DNA of 64,000 nucleotides from Chrysomallon squamiferum (taxonomy: Eukaryota; Animalia; Mollusca): the NCBI GenBank assembly GCA_012295275.1, contig CM022665.1:33914001-33978000 (forward strand), in the 5' to 3' direction. The notes under the pieces were generated by a model, which was not told where the DNA came from, made no database searches, and saw nothing but the letters and a program-made list of their open reading frames with translations. This document shows, one piece after another, positions 49,501 to 60,337 of this stretch. Made by a program: the position numbers and the translations under genes. Every line of letters starts with the position of its first letter. Position 1 is the first letter of the stretch.

Positions 49501-52500
49501 TCTCTTTTATACTGTAACTACATTATAATAGAATCACTGTTGTACTATATGTCATATAGGGCCCTGTGAAGCTTCAAATATTTGATTCAAAATTGTCATG
49601 AAGCTTTGATTCAATGTGATTTGATTTTTGTATATTTTGGATTTTGAATAATGCAGTGTAAAGACAATTGACAAAAGAGGGACAAACTATCTAACCAACT
49701 GTTCATATTAATAAACAATAAACAAATTAAGAAAAGGAAAAACAAATAATTCACCATTTTAAAATGAAATTTGTCTAAATAACCTATAAATCAAATAATA
49801 CTGTTATCATACATACTTTTAGGTTGCTAATGAATTATTATTTTAACTTAAGTATCAGTTATTATTTTAACTTCATGTTAATCACCATACTTACACCCAG
49901 TGCAGTGAATATTTGTTTTGTCTTTCTAATTTAATTTTCTAAGCTGATTTGATTCGAACATTTTTAAATATTCAGTTTGATATCCATTTCCACAAAAAAG
50001 AAAAAGGAAAAAAAAAAAAAACCATCTGTAAAAAGAAAGAAATATGACACATGTTGCCTCATTTCATATATATTATTAGTTTAATTTTATTGTTGTTATT
50101 ACTATTACTATTATTGTTATTGTTATTGCAAGTTTTCTTTTGTACTGGAGCAGTACATAAACTGTAATGTTGAGCTGATATAAATGAATTCATGACACCT
50201 AAGATGTTTAAACTATAAAGCTGTATTACACAATAATAACTAAAATAATATAACTGATAAGAATACCTGAGTGAAGGTCAAACAGGAGTATGCAGAAAAC
50301 ATCACAGACTTGAATAATTTGTACAAAATAACAACACAGGTATATGAAATTCTAATATACACAAAGCACCACCTATGAGAGTAGAGAAATTTGGCAAGAG
50401 TTTTGTAATAATGGTGTGATTTGGGTGGAAACATGTTTTATTTGTTATTCAAATGTAGTGTTAGACAAGTGCAGAAAATAGTTTTACTTAAGGTCTTGCT
50501 AAAAAGTACTGTATTATTTATTGTTAGTAAATGACTAATTTGGATTTATGATAGATCAACAACTTTTTTTTTATTTTTATTAAAGTATTTATTTATTGTT
50601 ATTATTGTTGATGTTGTTATTATTATTATTTTGTTTATTTATTTATTTTAATTTAATTTTATTTATTTTATTTAATTTTATATTATTTATTTAATTTTGT
50701 GGGGGTTTTCATAAATCATGGATATTTTATGTTTGAGATGTATTTTCATGTATGAATTTCAGACTTTGGAATATTATAATTTTAAAATCATGTAAATTTC
50801 AAAACATAAGCATCTAAAAAATTAACTATTCATTTCTGTTCTTTGAATCTGGACTCATGGCATTATGTGCAGACCTTAGTTCAACAGAAACATGTCAGAA
50901 CCTCTGTAATGTTTTTATATTTGTTACATTCCAGATCTGTTAGAATATTTGATAATTTATATCCCATATCTATTTCAGGATTGAATGTTTGAGAATTTGA
51001 TAACTAATCAAAGCCTCAAACTTGCTTGGACAGACGTTTAGAAGTAACTCAAAAATGAAATATATGGATTATAGCTATAACAAATTTTTTTTTATTTGTT
51101 GTTGTTGTTGTTTTAAACATATCACATATTTTTCATCATGACATTAAAAATTTGTTATTAAAAGTCACAAAATATTTTTATTATTTTTAATTAATTTAAT
51201 CTGTTTTCATAATACAGTAAAACATTTATCATGAAAACAAAAACACATTGGGGATTTTTGTGTGTATATATATATATTTTTTTTTTTTCTTAGTGTGAAA
51301 AAGATATTTTTCTTCTTTTAGCCTCATTTCTTAAGATATGTATTGAAAAGTTTATTGCTCATTACCACAGTTTGAACCTTGGCACTACAGGCAAAGTCAA
51401 AACAATCTTTAGTTGATCATCATTCTTTTTAAGTTTAGCCAACAATAATGTTTGGATGTCAACAAGCATCAAAACATTCATTATCTGTCTACCATTATTT
51501 TCCTATGAGCCACCAACTGCTGCTTTATTTTGACAAATGTAATATGTAGAGAATCCTATGTGTTGTGACACTCGCTGGCATATACTGAATACCAGTTGGT
51601 TCTTCCCAACACAGATCCTGAGAATTCCATGTAAAACATGTCGGGCATCCTGAAAAAAACCCAAGTGTGTGTGTGTGTGTGTGGAAGGTTTCTGTGGCCC
51701 CCACGTGTGAAGAAAATGGTTGGAAATAATCTATGTCATTAGAGAAAATTGTAATGGTCTCAGACATGGAGATTTTCCATCTAGCTCGACCCAGGGAGTA
51801 CATACACCACACAGAGTTATAATCATACAGAATATTTATTAACTTGATGCTTATGTTGTTTATGTCTTAATATATTGGCTGTTTTCTTGCTTTGGCAAGA
51901 TCACTGCTGGCAGAATGGATTTTTTTAATTCTCATTTTTAAAAATTTATTTTTTAAAAATATATTAATATTTTTCACTGCCAGCTGTTATGTAAAATTAA
52001 AACAGTTTCAAAACATGCTTCCTATGTTTATTTTTTATTTTTTATTTTTTTTCAGGACGTTATGCATGAGCAACATTGAAACAGGGAATTGTGTGTGTAT
52101 GTTTGATACTGTCCAGAAATCTATTCTGTCACTAGTGGTAAGTATCAGACATTAATTCATCTTTCTAGTGCACTTTTCACAACAGAGAGGAAAACATCTG
52201 CTGTTTATTTTTGACTAAAGCATTAACATTCATTCATTCATTAGGAAGCCTGACAGTTCAAGAGGGGCTGAGAAGGGGGTAGTGCTTTCCTGTTTTAATA
52301 GCACTCGACACTCAAGTGATGTGTTCAGAGATGCATTGTGACTTTAATAATACCAGAGTTAATTGTTTTCTCTATGAAGAGGCTTCTGCTCCAGTGATGT
52401 TTATTGTTGTGAATTGTGGTAGTGTATGAAGTGTGAGATATATGTATGTACATTGTTGTGAGTTGTGGTAGTATATGAAGTGTGAGATATGAGTATGTAC

Positions 52501-52891
52501 ATTGTTGTGAGTTGTGGTAGTGTATGAAATGTGAGATAGGTTTTGGGTAGATATTTACTCATCTTATCAACACTGTCAGGTTGATCAGCCAATTTGTTTA
52601 GGTGTTGTTGTTTTTTGTTGTTTTTTAAAATGAAAGTTATATAAGTTAATAAATCCTGTTCCTCTCCCATCAAAATCAAAATCAATTTTCAATAATTAAA
52701 AAAAAGTCGGCTAATATACAGATATACCCCCATACACATACAGAAATTATTTTGGTGTGTTTTTGTAATACAAAAATAAATGCATTAGCTGCAGAAATCT
52801 ATAGCCATTCTTATGTACACACCAACTCAAAAGTCACACTCATATACATATACAATGTTTTTTTTATATGTGTATGTGTTTTCTGGGTTGT

Positions 52892-52922
<31 letters not shown>

Positions 52923-55900
52923 GTTATACATATATATGGGTGTGTGGTGTAGGTGATGTTACTGAGATAAGCCCTTGTGATGGTTTAGGCCATGACAGAG
53001 GTAATTGTTATCTTAAGCTTATCTTTGTGATCAGTACTCTGCTAAGCTGGAATTTGCTGCAAATGTTCCATGATGCACAGCAACTGTGTGCTCAACATAA
53101 TCTTGTAAACTAACCAGAATAGCTTATATAAACCAAGCAGAATAGCTAGAAAATCAAATTATTTTGTCTGCTAAAAGTATTTTGTTTTAACATCCAGTAT
53201 TTAAGTATCTGGATTATAAAATCAGTAAACAATGTTTTTTTTTCCTTTCATTTCTCACGTTCTTTTTCTTTTTTTAATTTTGTTTTATAATTATACTTCA
53301 TTTTTCCTTTCTTTTCTTTAAACTTTGTTGTTGTTTTTCACTTTTCTTTTTATACATTGTTTTTTAATACTTTTCTTTTTATATTTTGTTTTCTTATTAT
53401 TCTTTTTATACTTTGTTTTTTCTTTTAGACTTTTTTTTTCTTTTTAATAATCTTCATTTTATACTTTGTGTTTTCCTCTTTACTTTTTCTTTCATTTTGA
53501 CTTTCTTTTCTTTTAATTTTTAAGGTTATTTCTTTTTCTAATAAAAAAAAAATCTAAACTGACAATGATAAAGATAGAAATATATTAAATAATTACATTT
53601 AACACAAGCTCAGGATTAAATATTGATATTTAAAACTAATGGTAAACAAATCCAAGAAAGCAAACAAATGGAATTACTATCATTTTATCCAGTAGTTTTG
53701 TGGGGGGGGGGATTTTTTTTTTTTTTTTTTTTTCATTCTGTTTTGTGGGTTTGTTTTCAGTGAAGAAAAAGGTAAAAATGAAAAAACGGATGATGGGGTA
53801 AAGAGCAGGAAGATCTATAAAAATGAAGGAATTTATATTATTAGATATTTAATATGTTAGGTTTGATAATGATACCACAATAAAGTGGTACTCATAATAA
53901 CAATCTGCAGTGGATTTTTTATACACACCTTCTCATAAACAGTAATACATACTCTGTAATTAAGTGTGATTCACCAGTTGTGGATAGAACAGAAAATAGG
54001 CCAGTGAGGCCATTCAGCAGAATTGATCCTGGAAGCTATTGCTTCTCAGATAAATACTCTACCAGCAAGATATTCCTAAACAGCATAAATTGAACCAGAA
54101 CAAACTTTGCATATCTTTATTATCAACAGTAATATTTCCTCATTTTTCAATAAACAAACAAAACCATAAACATCTTTATTGATGTTAGTCTTGATTGAAA
54201 ATGACGTGACAGACACATTTTTTCAAATGTTACACTAATTACTGATTTCAAACAACCATAATAAAGAAAAAAAAAAAAAAAATGTTTCTTTTTTTTGTAT
54301 GATATGTTGAGTTCAAGTCTGTTGGCTGTAAATCTATAGGCTAATTATGTTTATCACAGTAATAATTTTTCTTCTTTAAAGTCTTGCTACTTGAAATTAT
54401 TTTTAATGCTTTTCTCTCAGTTACAACAAGTTTTCTCTGAAAAACATTCTTTTGCAGTTTACATCTTTTTGTATATGTTTTTTCTAAAAAAAAAAAAAAA
54501 AAAAAAAAAATATGTGCCAAAAGTAATAAATATCTGAAAACTATTTTCTGTTTTGTCTACTTCAAACTGGTGATGTAGGGTTGTAAAAATTTGTCTGGAA
54601 CATAAATTGTGTACCTAGAGATCTTGCCAAAGTTGTGTGAGTTCCAGATGAGATTCATGGCTTGGCCGCAGACCCCCATCTCTATTGTTTTATTCATTTA
54701 TAGAGAAGACTTGCCAGTGTGTTGTCAAGATGAAGGGATAAACTAATGTCTGGGTTAGTGAAACCTGGGCTTCAGTCATAGGCTGTCTTGATACATTACT
54801 GATAAACCTTTCTGAGAAAAACTTATCAAAACTTGAGTAGTACTTTCCATCACAATCTCTTTCATCTACAGTTTATCTTACTTTTTGATGTTTTTATTTT
54901 GTTTTATTTAATTATTTATTTATTTATTTACTGTATTATTTCATTAATTTGTTTAATTATTATTTATTCTTTGTTTATTTACTATATTGTATATTTATTT
55001 GTATTTTATTTATTAAATATTTTTACTTCTTTCTTATGTTAATTTTTGTATTTATCTAGCCATCCATTCATCCACTGTTATTATTATCAGTGTTCTGTTT
55101 TGTTTGTTTGTAGATAATTCAGTCCACTTTCATAGATGATGTTTTAAAATTATTTATGTTTTTTTCTTCTTGTTTTTGCATTATCATATTGTAGATAAGA
55201 GCTGGCAAAAACAGAAAAATAACACGTTTGTCAACAAAGACATTTATTTCTTAGAAATTCATCACACTGTTTATTCATCAGTAACATTATATTACTGCTA
55301 GCCTATGAGTTACTATTACAGAAATAAAATAAATCAGATGGGAGTACAGAATGGAATGGGAACATTTTTTAATACAAAAATGATTAGCTTTAAAATGAAT
55401 TCTGTCTTCATTTACAAATAAAAGTTTTAAGTGAGATTTGATCCCAAAACCGATCATTTTGAATTTCACAGTTATAACACTGAGATGAAATAAAATGTGT
55501 AAACTGTTGTGTTTAAGAAATATTATTGGCGTTTATTTAAAAAAAAATTGTTTTAAATGTTTTTATTTACTTAATTTTTGTTTTATAATTTTTTTTTACT
55601 TTTTTTAGATCTATAAATTTTATTTTTTAGTGTCAGTATGTATTAAATCTATATATAATGCTTATTATGTAAATTCTTAAAAATAATTACCACATCATGA
55701 CTTACTTTTTGTTTTAGCTCATCAAATCTATATCTAATACTGGTTAAATGTATACATCAAAATATGCTTATCCAGTGACTAATACTAAAACCTATATCAA
55801 GTACTGCTTAAATATGTTAGGTTTTTTTAATTAAATGAACACATTGAAACTTGCTTATCTGGTGTTTAATAACCAAAACTAAATAAAATTCTGGTTAAAT

Positions 55901-58900
55901 AAGTTGTTTGTGAAATAAATAAACACATCAAAACTGGCTTTCCCAAAGTTTAACAGACAAACCTATATATAATGCTGGTTATATAAATTAGTTTTTCAAA
56001 TAAATAAAGCACATCAAAACTTGCGTATCCTCTGTTTAATAGACAAAAAGGTTAAGGTGTTGTTGAAATGTGGCCACCACAAATCACCTGTTTATATTTA
56101 TCATCAAAGACATGTTTGTGTAATTAGCAGTTAGGGCTACAGTTACCTGTTTATCTACACTGTCTGCATTAGTGGGGCTATCACTTACATGTAGCTAATG
56201 GACAGAGTGCTACACAACACCCATGGTCAATTGACCAATCCCTAATTGAGCAGTCTGCTTTCCAAATACTTGCACATGTTCACTTGCTCTGTCTGTTAAA
56301 TACTGGGTTTTAATTTAACTTCTAGAATTAGATATGGGCTGCAGGACTTGTTTTGTTTCTGCAGTGATTAAGTTGTTTGGTTCAATGATTCATGGCTCCA
56401 GTTCAGAAATTCTGTTATGTTGTGATAAATGTATTACAAACTACAACACTAGTCTAACTGGATGTTTTTAGCCATGATGACTGAAAAGAATATAAAGAAA
56501 GAATCTGTGTTTCTTTTCATTAATTGGTTCAGTGCTTCATGGCTCATTTCTGAAGTAAAATAAAGTTTTGACAAATGTCTTCCAGACTACATATATGATG
56601 CTGAATTAAAATTCTTTTCAATTTCTATATTAAAATAGTATCTAGATTTTTTAATTGTTTTTTTGTTGTTTTTTTAATTGTTTTAAAATTAATTTTTTTT
56701 TTATTACTGTTATTTTTTTTATTTCAACTAATTATTCCTCCACCTTTAGTATGTCTTTAAAAAAAATAGTTCTTTCCTATTTATATGCTGTTTTCTTGTA
56801 TGGCTGAATTGAATACTGCAGTTACATGTATAAAAAAAATCATGCAATACAAATTTCCATCAAAATGTGCTGTGATACTGTTATAACACTGAGGTCAAAG
56901 TTGTGACCATTTTGGATACTAAAAAGAATACATTTTATTTTATTATTTTTTTTAAATACAATTTTTAATTTTATTTTTCATTAATTTTAATATTTCAGAT
57001 TACAAATGATCTTGTGATTGGTGGGGATCAGACAGGAAATGTCTATTTTTGGAATAAAATGACGGGAGAGTCAGAGGCTGCAATCAGAGCCCATGATGCA
57101 CCAGTGTTCAGAGTCTCTTACTGGAACAGTCGGTTCTGGACTGCAGCAGGGTTAGCTCACTTTTAAAATGAACTATTTTCATTTAACAGATTTTATTTTA
57201 TTTTATTTTGTTTTTATTATTATTATTTTTAATTTATTTCATTTCATTTTTTCAGTATTGAAACATAAAAACCCCATAGAGAATGATCAGTGCTGTATTA
57301 AAAAAAAAATTAAAAAAAATAAAAGTTTTATTTAATGTTGCAATATATGATTATGATAATAAATACATATATATCTGTCAAAGAATAATGAGTTTTCTTT
57401 GGTTTTTGGATGTGTTTAAATTAATTTCTTTGAAACACATATTTCTTTTGTTTGTTTACTTTTTCAATTTTAATTTGACTTTTTTGATCATGTGTTTATT
57501 TGTGAAAGAATGATGTTCATAATTTGAATTCCTACATACAGAAGAGAAATATTTCTAAATGTCAAGACATCACAATACTGAAATACATATTGAGCCCCTC
57601 CCCACATATTAAATATATAAAACATATACACATTAAGTCCAAGTTCATGATTCCACACCTCATACCTGTTAAATATAACTGTATGGATAAAGGAGGAAAG
57701 GAATTTCAACATAAAAATAGCAGTTATTATCAGAATTATATTCTCTGGAGAGCATGGCTACCAATGATAAATATGTAGTTCCACCCTATATATGCATGAT
57801 ATGTGTTTTGTAACTGTTTGGAAAAGAGGAATCTCACACCTTATACCTTACCTGCAAGTCTGGAGGGAGCACATACCTGTGTGTATCAGGTACAGGTGTG
57901 TCTGGTATCCATCAGGTTTGATGAAGACCTGGTTTTAGACAAGCCAAAGAGGCATCAGTTTAAAACCACCTCCTCACTTCTTTTGTTGTACACTCATCTG
58001 GCCGAGATAAGTGCCATGATTCACCCCAAACTCAAAGTACAATCTCCAGACTTATCCTCCCAGACAGAGCAGCATGCAGTCTTCACTGTCAAGTTGTTAA
58101 ACCTGGTCAGACTCACTGTGAACAATTGAAAAAACAGACCTCTTCTCTCTTTGTTTCTGTCTTTCTTCAAAGGAAGGGTATCAGTCATAGTCATAGCTCT
58201 TCTTCTTGTTGTTGCCAAATTCTTCTTCTCTGTTGTGTGTCTGGCATCTGCCATGGTGTTGGTAAAATAATAAATTATGTCACTCATGAACACACAGATA
58301 CACACACACAATAACAAAATGTAGATATGCATGCACATACACAAATGTGTAGATAATATATACAATCACTTACACACCCACACACACGTTATAGTTTCTC
58401 ATTTTTCATGATCTTTTCCTACATATAGCTATATTTTCTGCTTTCCATTCTCTGCTTTCAAGGTGTTTTAACATTCTTGCATTGAAATTGGTTAATTTAA
58501 TTTCTTTTCTCTTTATCTTTTTTCTTTGCTAATTTTTTTTTTTTTTTTTAAATTACAAGCAGGATATAGTGTAGTGAAAAGTAATTGAAAGTCTAAAACA
58601 TTGATTGTTTTAATTTTATTTCAATTATTTTGTACTCAAACTAGAAAGTAAGAAAAGAAAAAGAAGAATTTTTTTTATTTTTTTTATTTTTTTTTACCTA
58701 TATTGCAAAGTACACTTAAGTCTTAAGAATTTTCACACTGAACTTTCATTTACCATATATACTTGTGTACAAGGCGACCTTATGGATAAGTCGATGTGTA
58801 TTTTAAGACCAAAAATTGTGTCATTTTAGGTATTACTTGTGTATAAGTCGACTGTAGATTCCAGGCACCGTCACTATTTTTAGACCAGTGTGACAGTGCC

Positions 58901-60337
58901 ATGAAGGCCTACATTGTACGCCTACTGTAACATAACTTGCACGAACATACCATAATAACGTAAATGCATGTATTACACGAGCTATAGCCTAAATGTATCA
59001 TAAATAGTATTTCTTTAATGTAATAAGTCTAACATGGAGACCTAACTTACCGTTATATTTAGCCGTTCTATGATTTACAAAATTAGTCGGTAGTGGATAT
59101 TAATGACGATTGCAATATTATTTCACCATATTCTTTACAATTAAACAAGTGAGTTTTGTTTATGAAATTAGGACCGATATTTAGTGCAATTTGGCAGAGA
59201 AGTCTGCATTCCTAGATCACTGCAAGACGCCGTAAGGCATAACACCGTACTGACGGTTTTCTCGCTTTAAAATGTATTTTTATGTCATTAAACGGAAGAA
59301 TATCATGTTTTACATTCATATTTGGTTTTGTTATTTAATTTTTCCAAATTTTGTATACGATAAAATTATATTTTTGAAAAGCTGAAAGACCGCGATTATT
59401 TTAGATGCATCCCGTAGCAAAAAAGTAAAATGGCGACTCTTCAGCAACAGCTACAAAAGTATTACCTATGTATAAGTCGACCCCCAAAATATTACCTTAA
59501 TATAGTCTCCCAAAAATTCGACTTATACACAAGTATATACGGTACTTTTAAATTATTTTGTATCACCTGCACAGGGCGTTTGTGTATATAGCTTGTAAAA
59601 GTTTTAATTTTAGTAACTTTAGTCATTATGTTGAGATTCAGCTCAAGTACAGTTTATAGCATTCTGTTTTATTTTATGAATATAATGTTAATAAAATTTT
59701 ACATTTATACTGATATAAAATTACTTGATTTCAAAGGTTTCTTTAACAGTACTTTATGGTTTGTAATAACACTGGTATAGATGATTTTGAAATATATTTT
59801 AAAATGACAATATCAAAGAATAACAGGGATTTGTTTTGAGGGGTTGTGGTGTTTGAATTACAATACTTGTTTGATTCTAGATTGAGTCATGATGAAATTC
59901 AAGCAGTAAAAATTAATTCTCTGCAAAGAAATCTACTCTGTATTTTTTATGATATTAAATACTTTTTTAAAGACTCTTTGCTACCATCTTGGAAATTAAA
60001 TGTTTTCTTTCAAAAGTTTCTTTCCACTGAATGATTTCAGAAGCTGGTGCAGTATAAAACATAAAACTACACAGCTATTGAACCTGAATCATATCATTAA
60101 AGACACACATAATGAGTTCACATATGTTACACATTTTCTCTCTAGATATTAATAATAATTATTATGTTTATTCTTTTCAAATCACATCTGTTATGCTCTT
60201 TCTCTCAGATTATTAATAATAATAATTTTATTTATTCTTTTCAATCCAGGGATCACAGCATAAAGGAATGGGACCTGTTGACCTTGACCTGTGTGCGTGC
60301 CCTTCAGGGTCACAAGGGACCTGTCCGAGATGTTGGG
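36683..60337 (+). CDS. F-box/WD40-repeat protein (FBXW family SCF substrate receptor); 3' end beyond the last exon found
   Basis: 19 coding exons splice in frame (3111 nt, 1037 codons): 36683-36924, 37441-38366, 38772-38968, 39339-39445, 39878-39974, 40530-40596, 41903-42055, 42366-42413, 42592-42777, 43248-43347, 43662-43776, 44223-44345, 44764-44892, 45176-45244, 45593-45681, 46220-46360, 52056-52137, 56999-57150, 60250-60337. F-box LPDKLLLFILSFL...VCRRWR...DELW; six full WD40 repeats plus the start of a seventh. Confidence 0.92.
37441..38366 (+). CDS. F-box/WD40 gene, large exon (S/N/K-rich linker)
   Basis: 926-nt open exon, TTTTTCAG acceptor, G|GTGAGA donor. Confidence 0.9.
38772..38968 (+). 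CDS. F-box/WD40 gene exon
   Basis: TPVHLKSVNHPKG...FQDQLEHIWK, donor AAG|GTGAGT; acceptor weak (alternative start at 38781). Confidence 0.8.
39339..39445 (+). CDS. F-box/WD40 gene exon (D-domain-like)
   Basis: WLSQWEDFERIALLKDIVKISSPNILESLVSHIHQ(R). Confidence 0.9.
39878..39974 (+). CDS. F-box/WD40 gene exon (F-box, N-terminal part)
   Basis: LREEFDINRLPDKLLLFILSFLPPHQINVASQ. Confidence 0.93.
40530..40596 (+). CDS. F-box/WD40 gene exon (F-box, C-terminal part)
   Basis: VCRRWRFLTASDELWMLKCLEM. Confidence 0.93.
41903..42055 (+). CDS. F-box/WD40 gene exon
   Basis: EMEGIENIPQLV...VDWKQAFYELR, typical post-F-box WK..Y linker. Confidence 0.9.
42366..42413 (+). CDS. F-box/WD40 gene exon
   Basis: 48 nt, TTTTAG acceptor, CAG|GTAAGT donor, phase 1-1. 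Confidence 0.8.
42592..42777 (+). CDS. F-box/WD40 gene exon
   Basis: 186 nt open, phase 1-1, donor CAG|GTAACA. Confidence 0.8.
43248..43347 (+). CDS. F-box/WD40 gene exon
   Basis: RYYYCQRRKISQKKTKSDGTQESFISEEPETE, phase 1-2. Confidence 0.75.
43486..43531. repeat. (TG)n microsatellite
   Basis: Uninterrupted TG run. Confidence 0.95.
43662..43776 (+). CDS. F-box/WD40 gene exon
   Basis: PLKELIRSKRQLQGGDDDETEDRAQDIRPKLEPSNDLL. Confidence 0.85.
44223..44345 (+). CDS. F-box/WD40 gene exon
   Basis: GKKVPSTVLEW...VKSVRKVRKLQ, leads into WD1. Confidence 0.88.
44764..44892 (+). CDS. F-box/WD40 gene exon (WD40 repeat 1)
   Basis: GHMSGIVCLNFDKKRLITGGMDRTVRVWDIRSGRSIHKFCGHK. Confidence 0.95.
45176..45244 (+). 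CDS. F-box/WD40 gene exon (WD40 repeat 2)
   Basis: GGIRCLQFDDEILATGSWDMLIV. Confidence 0.95.
45593..45681 (+). CDS. F-box/WD40 gene exon (WD40 repeats 2-3)
   Basis: LWDMKLFTKIVSLVGHTDCVSCLEINKYY. Confidence 0.95.
46220..46360 (+). CDS. F-box/WD40 gene exon (WD40 repeats 3-4)
   Basis: VSGSHDCTVRVWS...AHTGVINSLVLDGGCVLTSSSD. Confidence 0.95.
46575..46752. repeat. Degenerate tandem repeat (~70-85 bp unit, ~2.5 copies)
   Basis: Recurring GGAAATTAATTTGGATTAATCA...ATATGGCAGCA...AAGTTTATTTTT. Confidence 0.75.
52056..52137 (+). CDS. F-box/WD40 gene exon (WD40 repeats 4-5)
   Basis: TLCMSNIETGNCVCMFDTVQKSILSLV, donor GTG|GTAAGT. Confidence 0.88.
52403..52538. repeat. 49-bp minisatellite (~2.8 copies)
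   Basis: Units start at 52403, 52452 and 52501: ATTGTTGTGAGTTGTGGTAGTGTATGAAGTGTGAGATA... Confidence 0.92.
55725..56048. repeat. Old degenerate tandem repeat (~85 bp unit, ~4 copies)
   Basis: Recurring ACATCAAAACTTGCTTATCC...TTTAATA...AAAAC motif. Confidence 0.6.
56999..57150 (+). CDS. F-box/WD40 gene exon (WD40 repeats 5-6)
   Basis: ITNDLVIGGDQTGNVYFWNKMTGESEAAIRAHDAPVFRVSYWNSRFWTAA. Confidence 0.92.
58753..59542. mobile_element. Tc1/mariner (Tc2/pogo-like) non-autonomous MITE, ~790 bp
   Basis: TA|CCATATATACTTGTGTACAAGGCGA ... TCGACTTATACACAAGTATATACGG|TA: ~25-bp TIRs with TA TSD; internal TATAAGTCGAC repeats; CpG-rich versus the host intron. Confidence 0.88.
60250..60337 (+). CDS. F-box/WD40 gene exon (WD40 repeats 6-7)
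   Basis: DHSIKEWDLLTLTCVRALQGHKGPVRDVG, donor GGG|GTGAGT; next exon not found in the window. Confidence 0.92.

Noticed and set aside
49555-49990. Possible hAT-like MITE starting TAGGGC
   Set aside because: No matching opposite terminus or 8-bp TSD found
52403-52538. CRISPR-like periodicity
   Set aside because: Head-to-tail 49-bp units without unique spacers, in a eukaryotic intron; it is a minisatellite
53965-54075. Possible decayed tRNA-derived SINE head (similar hints at ~4740-4850)
   Set aside because: Too degenerate to define A/B boxes or ends without a repeat library; not a tRNA gene
36683-60337. Assigning the symbol FBXW7 to the F-box/WD40 gene
   Set aside because: WD40 repeats and linkers are too divergent from FBXW7 as I recall it; orthology needs a phylogeny
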